A DNA stretch of 64,000 bases from an uncultured Acidobacteriota bacterium. GTDB lineage: Bacteria; Acidobacteriota; UBA6911. Each line of letters begins with the position of its first letter. The first letter of the stretch is position 1. Below, piece by piece: positions 1 through 8,551 of this stretch. Location of the stretch: assembly GCA_963827655.1 (NCBI GenBank), contig CAWHCF010000006.1, positions 192,001 to 256,000 of the forward strand, given 5' to 3'. The translations under genes were made by a program, and so were the position numbers. The notes beneath the pieces were generated by a model. The model saw only the letters and a list, made by a program, of their open reading frames with translations. It had not been told where the DNA came from and made no database searches.

Positions 1-174
1 GAGGCCAGATATCCCTTTCTGGACACTCAAGTCGTCCAAGAGTTTTTATGGCTGAAGCCGGAGCTGAAGAACATGTTCTATAAAGCTCCACTGTACACTT
101 ATTTAAACAGGTATCGGTATCCGTTCAAGCCAAACGTGAAGCGTGGATTCGAAGCGGGGCGCAACCTCTCTTAG
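1..174 (+). CDS. asnB: 3' end of asparagine synthetase (glutamine-hydrolysing)-like protein, partial
   Basis: Not in the ORF track. Frame 1 reads EARYPFLDTQVVQEFLWLKPELKNMFYKAPL...KRGF to TAG at 172-174. E-x-R-x-PFLD and K-x-GF are AsnB C-terminal motifs. Confidence 0.75.
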   Translation, partial: EARYPFLDTQVVQEFLWLKPELKNMFYKAPLYTYLNRYRYPFKPNVKRGFEAGRNLS

Positions 175-191
175 GGTTCACGCAGAAATAG
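174..191 (+). mobile_element. Solo copy of the MITE terminal inverted repeat also found at 54191/54423
   Basis: GGGTTCACGCAGAAATAG versus GGGTTCGCGCAGAAATAA at 54191-54208 (16/18); no partner end seen nearby. Confidence 0.45.
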
Positions 192-318
192 GTTCCTTAG
201 CTGAGGACAACCCACTCACGAATACCCTTCACACCATGGTGGGTGAATAACCGCCGGACCATTCCGTTTGACCGGATGGTTTGGCTCGTGCGAACCAGGC
301 GAGTATCAGACCCGGATC

Positions 319-1335
319 ATGCTATCGATCATTCGCGACCAGCCTCAATGGGATGCCTTGTACGCGAGGCTGCATCGGCCAAGTATTGTCGCATCCTATG
401 GCTATGTGAACGCCGCGGCACAATTGGAGAACGGCGGTTACGCGGAACTAGCCGTGTGGTCAGATGATGACGATATCGTTTTCCACCCGTATATCCGTCG
501 ACAGATCAGCGGCGGGTCCGCGCTTGACGACCTGGTATCGGCTTGGGAATTTGGCGGATTCTGGTTCACTACAGCAAATCTCGAGCATCAACTTAAACTC
601 CTGCGGGCGTTTTCGCAGGCCTTTTATCAGCGCTGCGTAGATGAGAGCATCGTCAGCGAGGTTGTCCGCTTCTATCCCTTGACACCGTTGGTAGCTACGA
701 CACTCGACCCCTATTGTCTCGAGTATCATTCGGAACATATCGTTATCCCGCTAACGGAGCCCCATGAGACGCTTTGGCGAACTTTCCCGTCTTCACTGCG
801 CGGGAAGATTCGCCAAGCGGAAAGGCACCGCCTCAGCGTTCAGCCGTCCAAGGATATCGATACATTCGTGCGTGTATTCCACCAGAATTTAGATCGCATC
901 GGCGCCCAGCCTTTCTATTATTTTCCCGCTGCTTTTCTGCAGGCGATCAAGGCGCATCTTCACTTCCTGTTTGCGTTCGATCATGGCGGCCGGTTATGCG
1001 CGACACACTGTTATCTTGAAGATGATGAAGTATACTTTGCCTTTCTTTGCCATGGTGTTCAGGATGCGATTGGCCTGCGGCCCAATGATTTTGTGTATGA
1101 TGCCGCGATACGAGACGCGCAGAAGCGCCACTTCCAATTTCTTCATATGGGGGGTGGCGGTCCTTCGCTTATGGCTTATAAGCGAAAATTCTCCCGGATG
1201 ACTTGGCCCTTCTATATCGGCCGGTGCATCTTTCGACCCGATATTTATGCAGACCTGGTCGCCCAACAGCAAAAGCGACTGGGGGTCGACCTGACAAACT
1301 CGTCCCATTTCCCAGTCTACCGGACTCCCGCCTGA
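319..1335 (+). CDS. GNAT/FemAB-like N-acyltransferase (Acetyltransf_6 type)
   Basis: LRGKIRQAERH, FYYFP, PNDFVYDAAIRDA...LHMGGG..LMAYKRKF motifs; start uncertain (track start 268). Confidence 0.75.
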   Translation: MLSIIRDQPQWDALYARLHRPSIVASYGYVNAAAQLENGGYAELAVWSDDDDIVFHPYIRRQISGGSALDDLVSAWEFGGFWFTTANLEHQLKLLRAFSQAFYQRCVDESIVSEVVRFYPLTPLVATTLDPYCLEYHSEHIVIPLTEPHETLWRTFPSSLRGKIRQAERHRLSVQPSKDIDTFVRVFHQNLDRIGAQPFYYFPAAFLQAIKAHLHFLFAFDHGGRLCATHCYLEDDEVYFAFLCHGVQDAIGLRPNDFVYDAAIRDAQKRHFQFLHMGGGGPSLMAYKRKFSRMTWPFYIGRCIFRPDIYADLVAQQQKRLGVDLTNSSHFPVYRTPA

Positions 1336-2222
1336 TGGACATTGTTTTTATCACCGACCGAAATCAGCTCGTGGGTATGTTGGCGGCGATGAACTCGGTC
1401 ATCAAAAACTGCTGCGGCGAGCGTGATCTCCGCTTTTCCATCGTGTCGGACGTTGATAGTTACCCTGATATAGTCCATCACATCAATCAACTGTTTGGCC
1501 AGACTAACATTGACATGCGGGTAGTCGCCTTTCATCCGCCCGCCTTCCTCCAGGAGAATATCCGGGTCAACCGCAGGGGCCGCCTCAACAATGTGCTGAA
1601 CTATGCCAGATTTTACTTGCACCAGGCCCTGCCTGACCTCGACAAGATCATCTACCTGGACGCCGATGTCATCGTGCAGGGAAATATCGCGGAACTGTGG
1701 TCGATTGCGAAACTGGATCAGAAGATCATCGCCTGCGTCCCATCGGGGATTGGATCTTACGATTATATTGGAACCTTCTATCGGAACACGGCGCCACTCG
1801 CGCACCTTGACGAGCGCGAACGGTTTTTTAACGCCGGCGTGTACGTGACTCGCTTGCGAGCGTGGGAGGAACGAGGCATCTTACCCCAGATTGAACGTTG
1901 GATGATCCTCCATAAAAACGATCCCAAAGGCTTATTCGAATTGGGGACCCAGCCACTCCTCAATCTGGTCTTTTATCGGGATTATGAGTATCTGCCGCCG
2001 GAATGGAACGTCATCGGCCCGGGTGATCACGGTCCTGCTCCCCTCGATAAGAACCTTTTAGAAACCGCTAAGATCCTGCACTGGAAGGGCTCCCATAAAC
2101 CTTGGCTGCCCGACGGGTATTTCAAGGACCTCTGGAATCCATACGATTTGCTGGGTGTGAACCGCCCGCTGCATGATGCAGCATCCAGGAGCGTGGAGGT
2201 TGCTGATGATGCCGAGGCCTGA
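1335..2222 (+). CDS. Glycosyltransferase family 8
   Basis: NYARFYL, KIIYLDADVIV (DxD), FNAGV, ILHWKGSHKPW; ATG overlaps the upstream TGA (TGATG). Confidence 0.9.
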   Translation: MDIVFITDRNQLVGMLAAMNSVIKNCCGERDLRFSIVSDVDSYPDIVHHINQLFGQTNIDMRVVAFHPPAFLQENIRVNRRGRLNNVLNYARFYLHQALPDLDKIIYLDADVIVQGNIAELWSIAKLDQKIIACVPSGIGSYDYIGTFYRNTAPLAHLDERERFFNAGVYVTRLRAWEERGILPQIERWMILHKNDPKGLFELGTQPLLNLVFYRDYEYLPPEWNVIGPGDHGPAPLDKNLLETAKILHWKGSHKPWLPDGYFKDLWNPYDLLGVNRPLHDAASRSVEVADDAEA

Positions 2223-3165
2223 CGCGGCCCGCTCTGATGGCCACAGATCCGGTGGAGTGATCCGTCCGATTTACCACGGTCGTCTCGGCAATAACCTCTT
2301 TCAGTATTGTTTCGGCCGCGTGCTCGCCGAGGAACTTCACTGCGACTTTCTGGCCCCGCCCATTGCGGGATTTACGCATGCCACGTCGATACGCCTGGGA
2401 CCGGAGTGTGCCGTCTATGATCGAGAGATCGTACTTCGTCAGGAGCGAGCCCACGCGAAGATTTCGGTCCAGGAGGGTGCCATCTCACACGTCGAGTTTA
2501 ACGAACTCCTGACTGATCTCCGAGAGCGGAGGGGAAGAAAGCGAATCACCATCGAATATGGGTGCTTTTTACACGTCCCTTTTTATCGAGATTATACTGA
2601 CCGCATCAGACATCAATGGTTACAGATCTCTGACAGGTCTAGTATCCATGAGAACGATTTAACCATCCATATTCGTTCCGGTGACATCTGGCAAGAAGAC
2701 ATTTCACGAGAGCCTCATGATTCATATTGCGCGCTACCTTTTTCATTTTATGAAACCATCATCAGAGAATATAACTGGCGACATATCCATATTGTCACCG
2801 AAAACCGCAATGATCCCATGGCCCGTAAGCTGTCCCGGAGCTACGGCGCGTCTATTGTGTCGGGAACCTCTTTCGAAGACTTCAATTTCATCAAAAGCAG
2901 CACGAATATCGTGTTAGCGATCAGCACCTTTAGCTGGTTCGCTGCCTTCCTGTCGGAAGCAAGAACGATCTACTACCCACAGGCCGGCCTTTTCCATCGT
3001 GGCATCCGCCCTGATGTCAATCTTGAAGTACAAGAGCCGCGATATTGTTACCGTTGCGTCTATCCTGACGACCAATTTCGCGACTGGTTCGAGGGGGTAT
3101 TTTTCCCCGGTAAGCCTGCCTGGAAGGGAACTCCGGACCTGCGAGAATTTCTCCTTCTGCGTTAG
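2206..3165 (+). CDS. GT11 alpha-1,2-fucosyltransferase-like protein
   Basis: GRLGNNLFQY, HIRSGD, STFSWFAAFL motifs; GGAGG before ATG 2206. Confidence 0.8.
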   Translation: MMPRPDAARSDGHRSGGVIRPIYHGRLGNNLFQYCFGRVLAEELHCDFLAPPIAGFTHATSIRLGPECAVYDREIVLRQERAHAKISVQEGAISHVEFNELLTDLRERRGRKRITIEYGCFLHVPFYRDYTDRIRHQWLQISDRSSIHENDLTIHIRSGDIWQEDISREPHDSYCALPFSFYETIIREYNWRHIHIVTENRNDPMARKLSRSYGASIVSGTSFEDFNFIKSSTNIVLAISTFSWFAAFLSEARTIYYPQAGLFHRGIRPDVNLEVQEPRYCYRCVYPDDQFRDWFEGVFFPGKPAWKGTPDLREFLLLR

Positions 3166-3194
3166 CGCAACGGAATTTTTTGAGGAAGAAATGC

Positions 3195-4046
3195 GTGAGT
3201 ACAATCTTGGTGACTGGCGCCAGTGGTCTGATCGGTCGCGCGCTATCGGCGCATCTGTCGGAAAAACACCAGGTGATTTGCCTGGACCAGCGGCCACCGG
3301 AGCTCAACTTGCCCAGCGTGACCGCGCGCATCGAATCACCAGAGGACCTGCGTCAGCTGGACGAGTTCGACATTGAGGTGGTCGCGCATCTCGCCGGTGT
3401 AACGGGGCGCTGCACTGAGCAGGACGCGTTGATGGTCAACGTCGAAGGCAGCCGCTGCCTGATGCGCTATCTCCTGGACCACGGTTGCCGCAAGTTCGTC
3501 ATGGCAAGTTCTACCGCGGTCGTGGGGTTTCAGAGCGTGAAGTTCCGGCCGGAACAATTGCCGTTTGCGGACGAAGCGCCCTGTCTCGACCGTGATGGTT
3601 ACGGCTTCAGCAAGTATCTTCTGGAGCAGGTTGCCCGCTACTACCATCGTCAGCACGGCGATACTGATATGATCGCGCTGCGACTGGCATCAACCTTTCC
3701 AGACGACGCGTTGCCGCCACTCGCAGAAGCACAACCTCTGCGTGAATGGTCGATGGCAACTATCACGATTATGGCGCTCAGTGACACAGTGCGCGCCTTT
3801 GCCATGGCCGCTGAAGCTCAGCACAAACCAGGCGTGCGGATCATGAACGTCGCCCCTCCCCTGGCGTGGGTGCAGGACCCGGTGGCAACGATCCTCCGCG
3901 TCTGGTATGGCGACGAAGTTGACGTCTCCTACTTTGAGCAACCAGGACACGAATGGGATTCGTTATATGACGTCCGTCGCATCAAGGCGGAACTGGGATT
4001 TGTGGCGCACATACTGCCGCTAACACCTACAGCAAGGACACCGTGA
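3195..4046 (+). CDS. NAD-dependent epimerase/dehydratase (extended SDR)
   Basis: ILVTGASGLIG, HLAG, YGFSK catalytic motif. Confidence 0.88.
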   Translation: MSTILVTGASGLIGRALSAHLSEKHQVICLDQRPPELNLPSVTARIESPEDLRQLDEFDIEVVAHLAGVTGRCTEQDALMVNVEGSRCLMRYLLDHGCRKFVMASSTAVVGFQSVKFRPEQLPFADEAPCLDRDGYGFSKYLLEQVARYYHRQHGDTDMIALRLASTFPDDALPPLAEAQPLREWSMATITIMALSDTVRAFAMAAEAQHKPGVRIMNVAPPLAWVQDPVATILRVWYGDEVDVSYFEQPGHEWDSLYDVRRIKAELGFVAHILPLTPTARTP

Positions 4047-5266
4047 TGGCAGAATTGGCCTTATGTGGGGGTCAGGCGTTACGTACCAGATCCTTTCCGT
4101 CATGGCCCGTGTTCGACGACCAGGAAACTGCTGCAGTACTTGAAGTCCTCGAAAGCGGCAAGTGGGGCCATGTCATGTCTCCCGACGATAAAGTGACAGC
4201 ATTTGAAAGAGAGTTCGCCGCGTATCACGGGGTGAAGTATGCCATCGCCGTGGCCAGCGGTTCAGTTGCGCTGGAAGCAGCGTTGAGGACGGCCGGGATC
4301 GGCTTCGGCGATGAGGTCATTACGCCACCGACGACCTGGGTGGCGCCAAATCTGGCGCCGGTCATGGCTGGAGCGGATCCGATCTTTGTGGATATCGAGC
4401 CTGAGACCTATTGCATCGATCCCGGGAAGATTGAGCCGGCCATCACCGCCAGGACCAAAGCTATTATTGTTGTGCATCTGGGTGGATACGTCTGCAATAT
4501 GGATCCCATCATGGACATCGGCCGCCGGCATAATCTGATCGTCATCGAGGATTGTGCCCAGGCGCACGGCTCCAGGTATAAAGGGCGTATTGTCGGCAGT
4601 ATCGGCCATTTCGGTTGTTTCAGCTTCGAGGCCACCAAACTCATGACAGCGGGTGAAGGTGGCATGGTCATCACGAATGATGACCAATGGGCTGAATTTG
4701 CCTATTGTTACACGCATGCGGGCGTTCGATACGGGAACAATGGTTGGGGGTACTCCAAGGGGCGGATCGCCGGCTGGAATCTGCGCATGACCGAGTTTCA
4801 GGCGGTCATCCTGATGTGCCAGTTAGGGCGGCTGGATGCGCACAAGAGAAAGAGAATCGAAAACGCCGGGTACCTGACCAAACGGCTTGCGGACATCGAG
4901 GGCATTGAGCCGCTGGCACGTCAGGCAGACCAGAACTACTACACTTACATGTTCAAGTATGATCCCCATTCTTTCGGCAACATCCCGGTACAGACTTTTA
5001 GAAACGCCCTGAAGGCAGAGGGTATCCCATGTTTTTCTTCGGCTTCTCATCAGCACCCCGCGTACCGATCACCGGTCTTCTATTCCCCTCGAAGGAGTTA
5101 CGATGAGGTGCATTGTCCGGTGGCAGAACGAGCCTATACTGCCGAGGCGGTAGGACTGCAGGCGACCTGGGTCTTGTTGGGCGACAAGGAAGACATGGAT
5201 GAGATTGCCGACGCCATCCTCAAAATCAAACATAACCTGGACGAGCTTCGTTCCCTCAGTGCATGA
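4046..5266 (+). CDS. DegT/DnrJ/EryC1/StrS PLP-dependent sugar/aminocyclitol aminotransferase
   Basis: IEDCAQAHG, SFEATKLMTAGEGG, GWNLRMTEFQA motifs. Confidence 0.92.
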   Translation: MAELALCGGQALRTRSFPSWPVFDDQETAAVLEVLESGKWGHVMSPDDKVTAFEREFAAYHGVKYAIAVASGSVALEAALRTAGIGFGDEVITPPTTWVAPNLAPVMAGADPIFVDIEPETYCIDPGKIEPAITARTKAIIVVHLGGYVCNMDPIMDIGRRHNLIVIEDCAQAHGSRYKGRIVGSIGHFGCFSFEATKLMTAGEGGMVITNDDQWAEFAYCYTHAGVRYGNNGWGYSKGRIAGWNLRMTEFQAVILMCQLGRLDAHKRKRIENAGYLTKRLADIEGIEPLARQADQNYYTYMFKYDPHSFGNIPVQTFRNALKAEGIPCFSSASHQHPAYRSPVFYSPRRSYDEVHCPVAERAYTAEAVGLQATWVLLGDKEDMDEIADAILKIKHNLDELRSLSA

Positions 5267-5359
5267 CTGCCGTTGTGGGCGTGTGCCTCTCGTTGTTTGC
5301 TTATCGCGGATCACGGATTGACGATTGGCAGGCGGCCAGGCTGCTTGCTGCGGAGTGAC

Positions 5360-5773
5360 TCAAAGTTTCTCTACGCGAAGGCCATACGCCCGCGCCGCCT
5401 GGCACTGCTGTTCGTCCGCAGACACAAACAGGTCCGCCTGCCACTCCGCCGCGCACGCTATATGCAAAGAATCTGAAGATCTCAGTGGCCAGCGCTCAAG
5501 AAGACCGACAGCTCGCAGGACCACTTCGTCTGTCAGGTTGACCAAACTGGCATCGCTGATATCCGTGAACAACGCCTGCTTTGCTTTCAGGTACTGGTCC
5601 TTCGACAGACTTCCTTCCCTGCGACGCCTGCACAGCGCCGAAATAATCTCCGAAAGACAGATTCTCGAGATACCCAAGGATGAGGCTTCAGCAAGAATCT
5701 CCTCAAGACGGCCAGTTCCGGGTTCCCGAACATATCGCTTCGAAAGCGCGGAAGAGTCAGTGAAGACGTTCAA
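5360..5773 (-). CDS. vapC: Type II TA toxin, PIN/VapC family
   Basis: FTDSSALSKRYVRE...SEIISAL...LRSSDSLHIACA...FVSAD; TTG start overlaps the antitoxin stop. Confidence 0.88.
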   Translation of the reverse strand: MNVFTDSSALSKRYVREPGTGRLEEILAEASSLGISRICLSEIISALCRRRREGSLSKDQYLKAKQALFTDISDASLVNLTDEVVLRAVGLLERWPLRSSDSLHIACAAEWQADLFVSADEQQCQAARAYGLRVEKL

Positions 5774-6000
5774 TATGACGATCGCCTTTCTTTCAAGATC
5801 GCTTTGCTGAGTGAGGCCCCCGGGGCGATCAACCGCAGGCCGGGTCGCTTCCATGCGGGCGCTTCGCGCGGCGTATCCTCGGGAACGATCTTTGCGATCG
5901 GTTTTCCATGCCTGAGGACGCGAATCGTTTCACCTTTTTCGACCGAGTCCAGCACTTCCGAAGCATGCTTCCTGAATTCTGTGAAGTTAATCGTCTTCAT
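5770..6000 (-). CDS. Type II TA antitoxin, Phd/YefM family
   Basis: MKTINFTEFRKHASEVLDSVEKGETIRVLRHGKPIAKIVP; GGAG RBS; directly upstream of the PIN toxin. Confidence 0.9.
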   Translation of the reverse strand: MKTINFTEFRKHASEVLDSVEKGETIRVLRHGKPIAKIVPEDTPREAPAWKRPGLRLIAPGASLSKAILKERRSSY

Positions 6001-6021
6001 TGGGCAGGTCTCCATGCACCA

Positions 6022-6041
6022 ATTGTACACTGCTGTACAAT
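6022..6041. promoter_or_regulatory. Probable Phd/YefM autorepression operator overlapping the -10 element
   Basis: ATTGTACA-CTGC-TGTACAAT: two TGTACA palindromes (6024-6029, 6034-6039); TACAAT on the minus strand. Confidence 0.65.
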
Positions 6042-6078
6042 AATGAGCAAATTGGTCCCGAACGAATAGCGACTCTCT

Positions 6079-7335
6079 TCACGGTGTCCCGTTATATGGA
6101 ATTACGAAGCGCTCCTGGCCCTGCGGTCCGCCCCACTTGTGGCAGTAATGAGCGTGATGCCACTGGAAAGCCACTTCGCCCGCGAGGGTTGCATCCGCAT
6201 GCAAGGTCTGGCTTGTGTAATGAGTAACCTTCGTGCCTCCAAAGTCGAGGGTCTCCCATCCGGACAGTTGCAGACGGCGATAGTAATCGAGGTCCGAGAC
6301 ATACCAGCGGAACGTTTCATCCCATGGACCAGTGCTCCGCAGCGCCTCCGTTCTGAACACGGCAAAGGCGTCATAACAGGTGAACACGACACCGGCGCGC
6401 GGCTGTCTGCGCGCAAAGTCGATGACTTCGCGCGCGACACCGGCGTGACATTCCGCGTCGTTGTGCATGAAGACGAGGAATGCAGCCTGCCGTTCGAATG
6501 CTTCCGCCTGTGCCCAATTCATCATTTGTGTAAAAGACATTCCTCTGTGTGGCGCGCCGAACACACCCGCAATTCCACCCAGCGAAGCAAGCTCGGCCGG
6601 CCCCAGACCGTTAGCTGACTGATCGATCACCACCAAGCAGGGCCAGAGTTCTTTGATGGACATGACAGCCCTGTACAGCAAATCCGGCCGGTTCACGTAT
6701 GGAATATAGGCGAAAACGTCCGAGTGGTTTTCGTTCGAACGACGCATGGTCCACTGCCCGCGAACCGGGCGTTGCTTGCGATAGCTCCAGTTTGCGACGT
6801 CATTCGAAATGGTGATTTCGCTTTGCGGAATACTTTCGTAAACGCCGATCAACACTCCCTCCCAATCCGCGTCGTCGCCCGCCAGAACACCGCCCTGCTT
6901 CACCTTGGGAAGCCACGCTCGTACATCGTCACGAACGCTCTTGTAATCGTGCCCGCCGTCGATCATGACGAAGTCGAACGATTCGTCGGGAAAGCAGCGC
7001 GCGGCTTCAACCGACCGCATTTCCATCGGCTGTATCAAATGCGCGACACCGCCGCGCTGCATGTTTTGCAGAAAGAACGAGAACGCTGAGCCACCTTTCG
7101 GGACCAGTTGTTCCGCCATCCAGGGCAGATCATCTGAACCTCTCCATGTGTCGATGCAGTAGAAATCGATTTTCTTGCCGCTGTTCACTATCTCGACGGC
7201 CATGTATGCTGCCGAGCGGCCATACCAACTACCGATTTCAGCGAACGCTGCGCCATCACGAGCTTCGGCGACGGCTGAGTCATAGATATCCTTGAAATTA
7301 AACCAACCTTCAACGGAGTTATAAAAATGTTCCAT
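6079..7335 (-). CDS. Class I SAM methyltransferase (Methyltransf_24-like) fused to a GT2/GT-A-like domain
   Basis: EIGSWYGRS, FVMIDGGHDY, GGVLAGDD; C-terminal half has FMHNDAE, GPWDETFRWYVSDLDYYRRL. Confidence 0.75.
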   Translation of the reverse strand: MEHFYNSVEGWFNFKDIYDSAVAEARDGAAFAEIGSWYGRSAAYMAVEIVNSGKKIDFYCIDTWRGSDDLPWMAEQLVPKGGSAFSFFLQNMQRGGVAHLIQPMEMRSVEAARCFPDESFDFVMIDGGHDYKSVRDDVRAWLPKVKQGGVLAGDDADWEGVLIGVYESIPQSEITISNDVANWSYRKQRPVRGQWTMRRSNENHSDVFAYIPYVNRPDLLYRAVMSIKELWPCLVVIDQSANGLGPAELASLGGIAGVFGAPHRGMSFTQMMNWAQAEAFERQAAFLVFMHNDAECHAGVAREVIDFARRQPRAGVVFTCYDAFAVFRTEALRSTGPWDETFRWYVSDLDYYRRLQLSGWETLDFGGTKVTHYTSQTLHADATLAGEVAFQWHHAHYCHKWGGPQGQERFVIPYNGTP

Positions 7336-7442
7336 AGGTTGTCACCGCATTAATTCCTGGATTGCCGGGTCGATACGATCCACGGTCAATTGTGACAGGC
7401 ACTCGACGGCGAGCTTATGCAACCGAAGCGATCTCAGTGTTT

Positions 7443-7511
7443 CTTTGTGTCTTCGTGTCTTGGTGGTTAATGCTGACAAACCAATACCACTAGGACACGA
7501 AGACCCGAAGA
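7443..7511. repeat. Inverted pair of 8-mer tandem arrays
   Basis: CTTTGTGT-CTTCGTGT-CTTGGTGG-TT ... ACCAC-TAGGACAC-GAAGACCC-GAAG. Confidence 0.7.
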
Positions 7512-7522
7512 TCCGCAATCGA

Positions 7523-8443
7523 CTAATCCGCAATCGCCTCAGCTGCCAGGGGCGACATCACGGCTTCCGGACAGAAACGGGCGATCACTTCCATCGCGAT
7601 TTCGGCCCGCCGCACTCGCTCGCGCGAAAGAGCCGTCACGGTATTCTCGAGGTGCGTTCCGCTGGGATAAACATCCGGGGCATTGCGCAGGCCAAACTTG
7701 AGGTAAATCGGCGAGGCGACTCGAATAAGCTCCGGAATTTCGTAATATCGAATAAAGCCGCCGATATTGTCAGGAGCTTCCACATAGAAATCGATCGGCA
7801 CCGCAATCGCCGCCCGCACCGCCGCGATCTGCTCGAGCGTGAGATCGGAGGGGATGTTAATCGTGCTGGCCCCGAGGTCTTCGAGAATCCTGGCCGAGGC
7901 CGGATTGGCCGGCGCCATCATGACCGAAGTCTTGATGATCAGGTCGCCGGGCAAGTCTCCCGTGGAGCGCATTTTCGCGATGAGCTGGAGAATCCCGAGA
8001 TCCGAGACCAAAATGCTGCGCAAGCCAAGCCGTGTCGCCCTCAGGCAATCCTCGAGCGCGTAAACCAGCTGGTCGGCGCCGCGCAGGCTAAGCCCGAGCG
8101 TTTTTCCGGCCATCGAATAAGCCTGGGCGCCGATATCAAAAGTGGCGCGCGGCCCGACGAATAGATTCACCTCGACACCCGCTCTTCGACCGATCTCGAG
8201 CATTTCAGTAATCTCTTCATCGGTCATGAGCATGATGCCGCTTCCCTGGCTCACGCGATGAACCGGCACGTTCCGACTCTTCGCCTCCGACAGAATCTCC
8301 GCCAGCGCGCGCGGGCCCTCCGTGCTCGGAATCTCAATCCGATATTGCCCCCGGTCCGGAAATCGTCGCGTGGACGACGGGCAGTCACGCGGATCGGATC
8401 CAGGGAGGCCAAGGCTTGCCAAAAACTCACGTGAACTCTTCAT
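7523..8443 (-). CDS. U32-peptidase-like TIM-barrel protein of unknown function
   Basis: YRIEIPSTEGP, HRVSQGSG, ILVSDLG, NPASARILEDLGASTIN, PIDFYVEAP..GGFIRYYE. Confidence 0.6.
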   Translation of the reverse strand: MKSSREFLASLGLPGSDPRDCPSSTRRFPDRGQYRIEIPSTEGPRALAEILSEAKSRNVPVHRVSQGSGIMLMTDEEITEMLEIGRRAGVEVNLFVGPRATFDIGAQAYSMAGKTLGLSLRGADQLVYALEDCLRATRLGLRSILVSDLGILQLIAKMRSTGDLPGDLIIKTSVMMAPANPASARILEDLGASTINIPSDLTLEQIAAVRAAIAVPIDFYVEAPDNIGGFIRYYEIPELIRVASPIYLKFGLRNAPDVYPSGTHLENTVTALSRERVRRAEIAMEVIARFCPEAVMSPLAAEAIAD

Positions 8444-8551
8444 CCTTGCTTCCTTTCGCAATGCGTTGAGTTTGATTCAGAGGACCGACGGTCCAAGGCG
8501 TGCTTGGGCTGATGCGGCAAGATCAGGAGCGAGCTTTCTGGCGGCAGGCGA

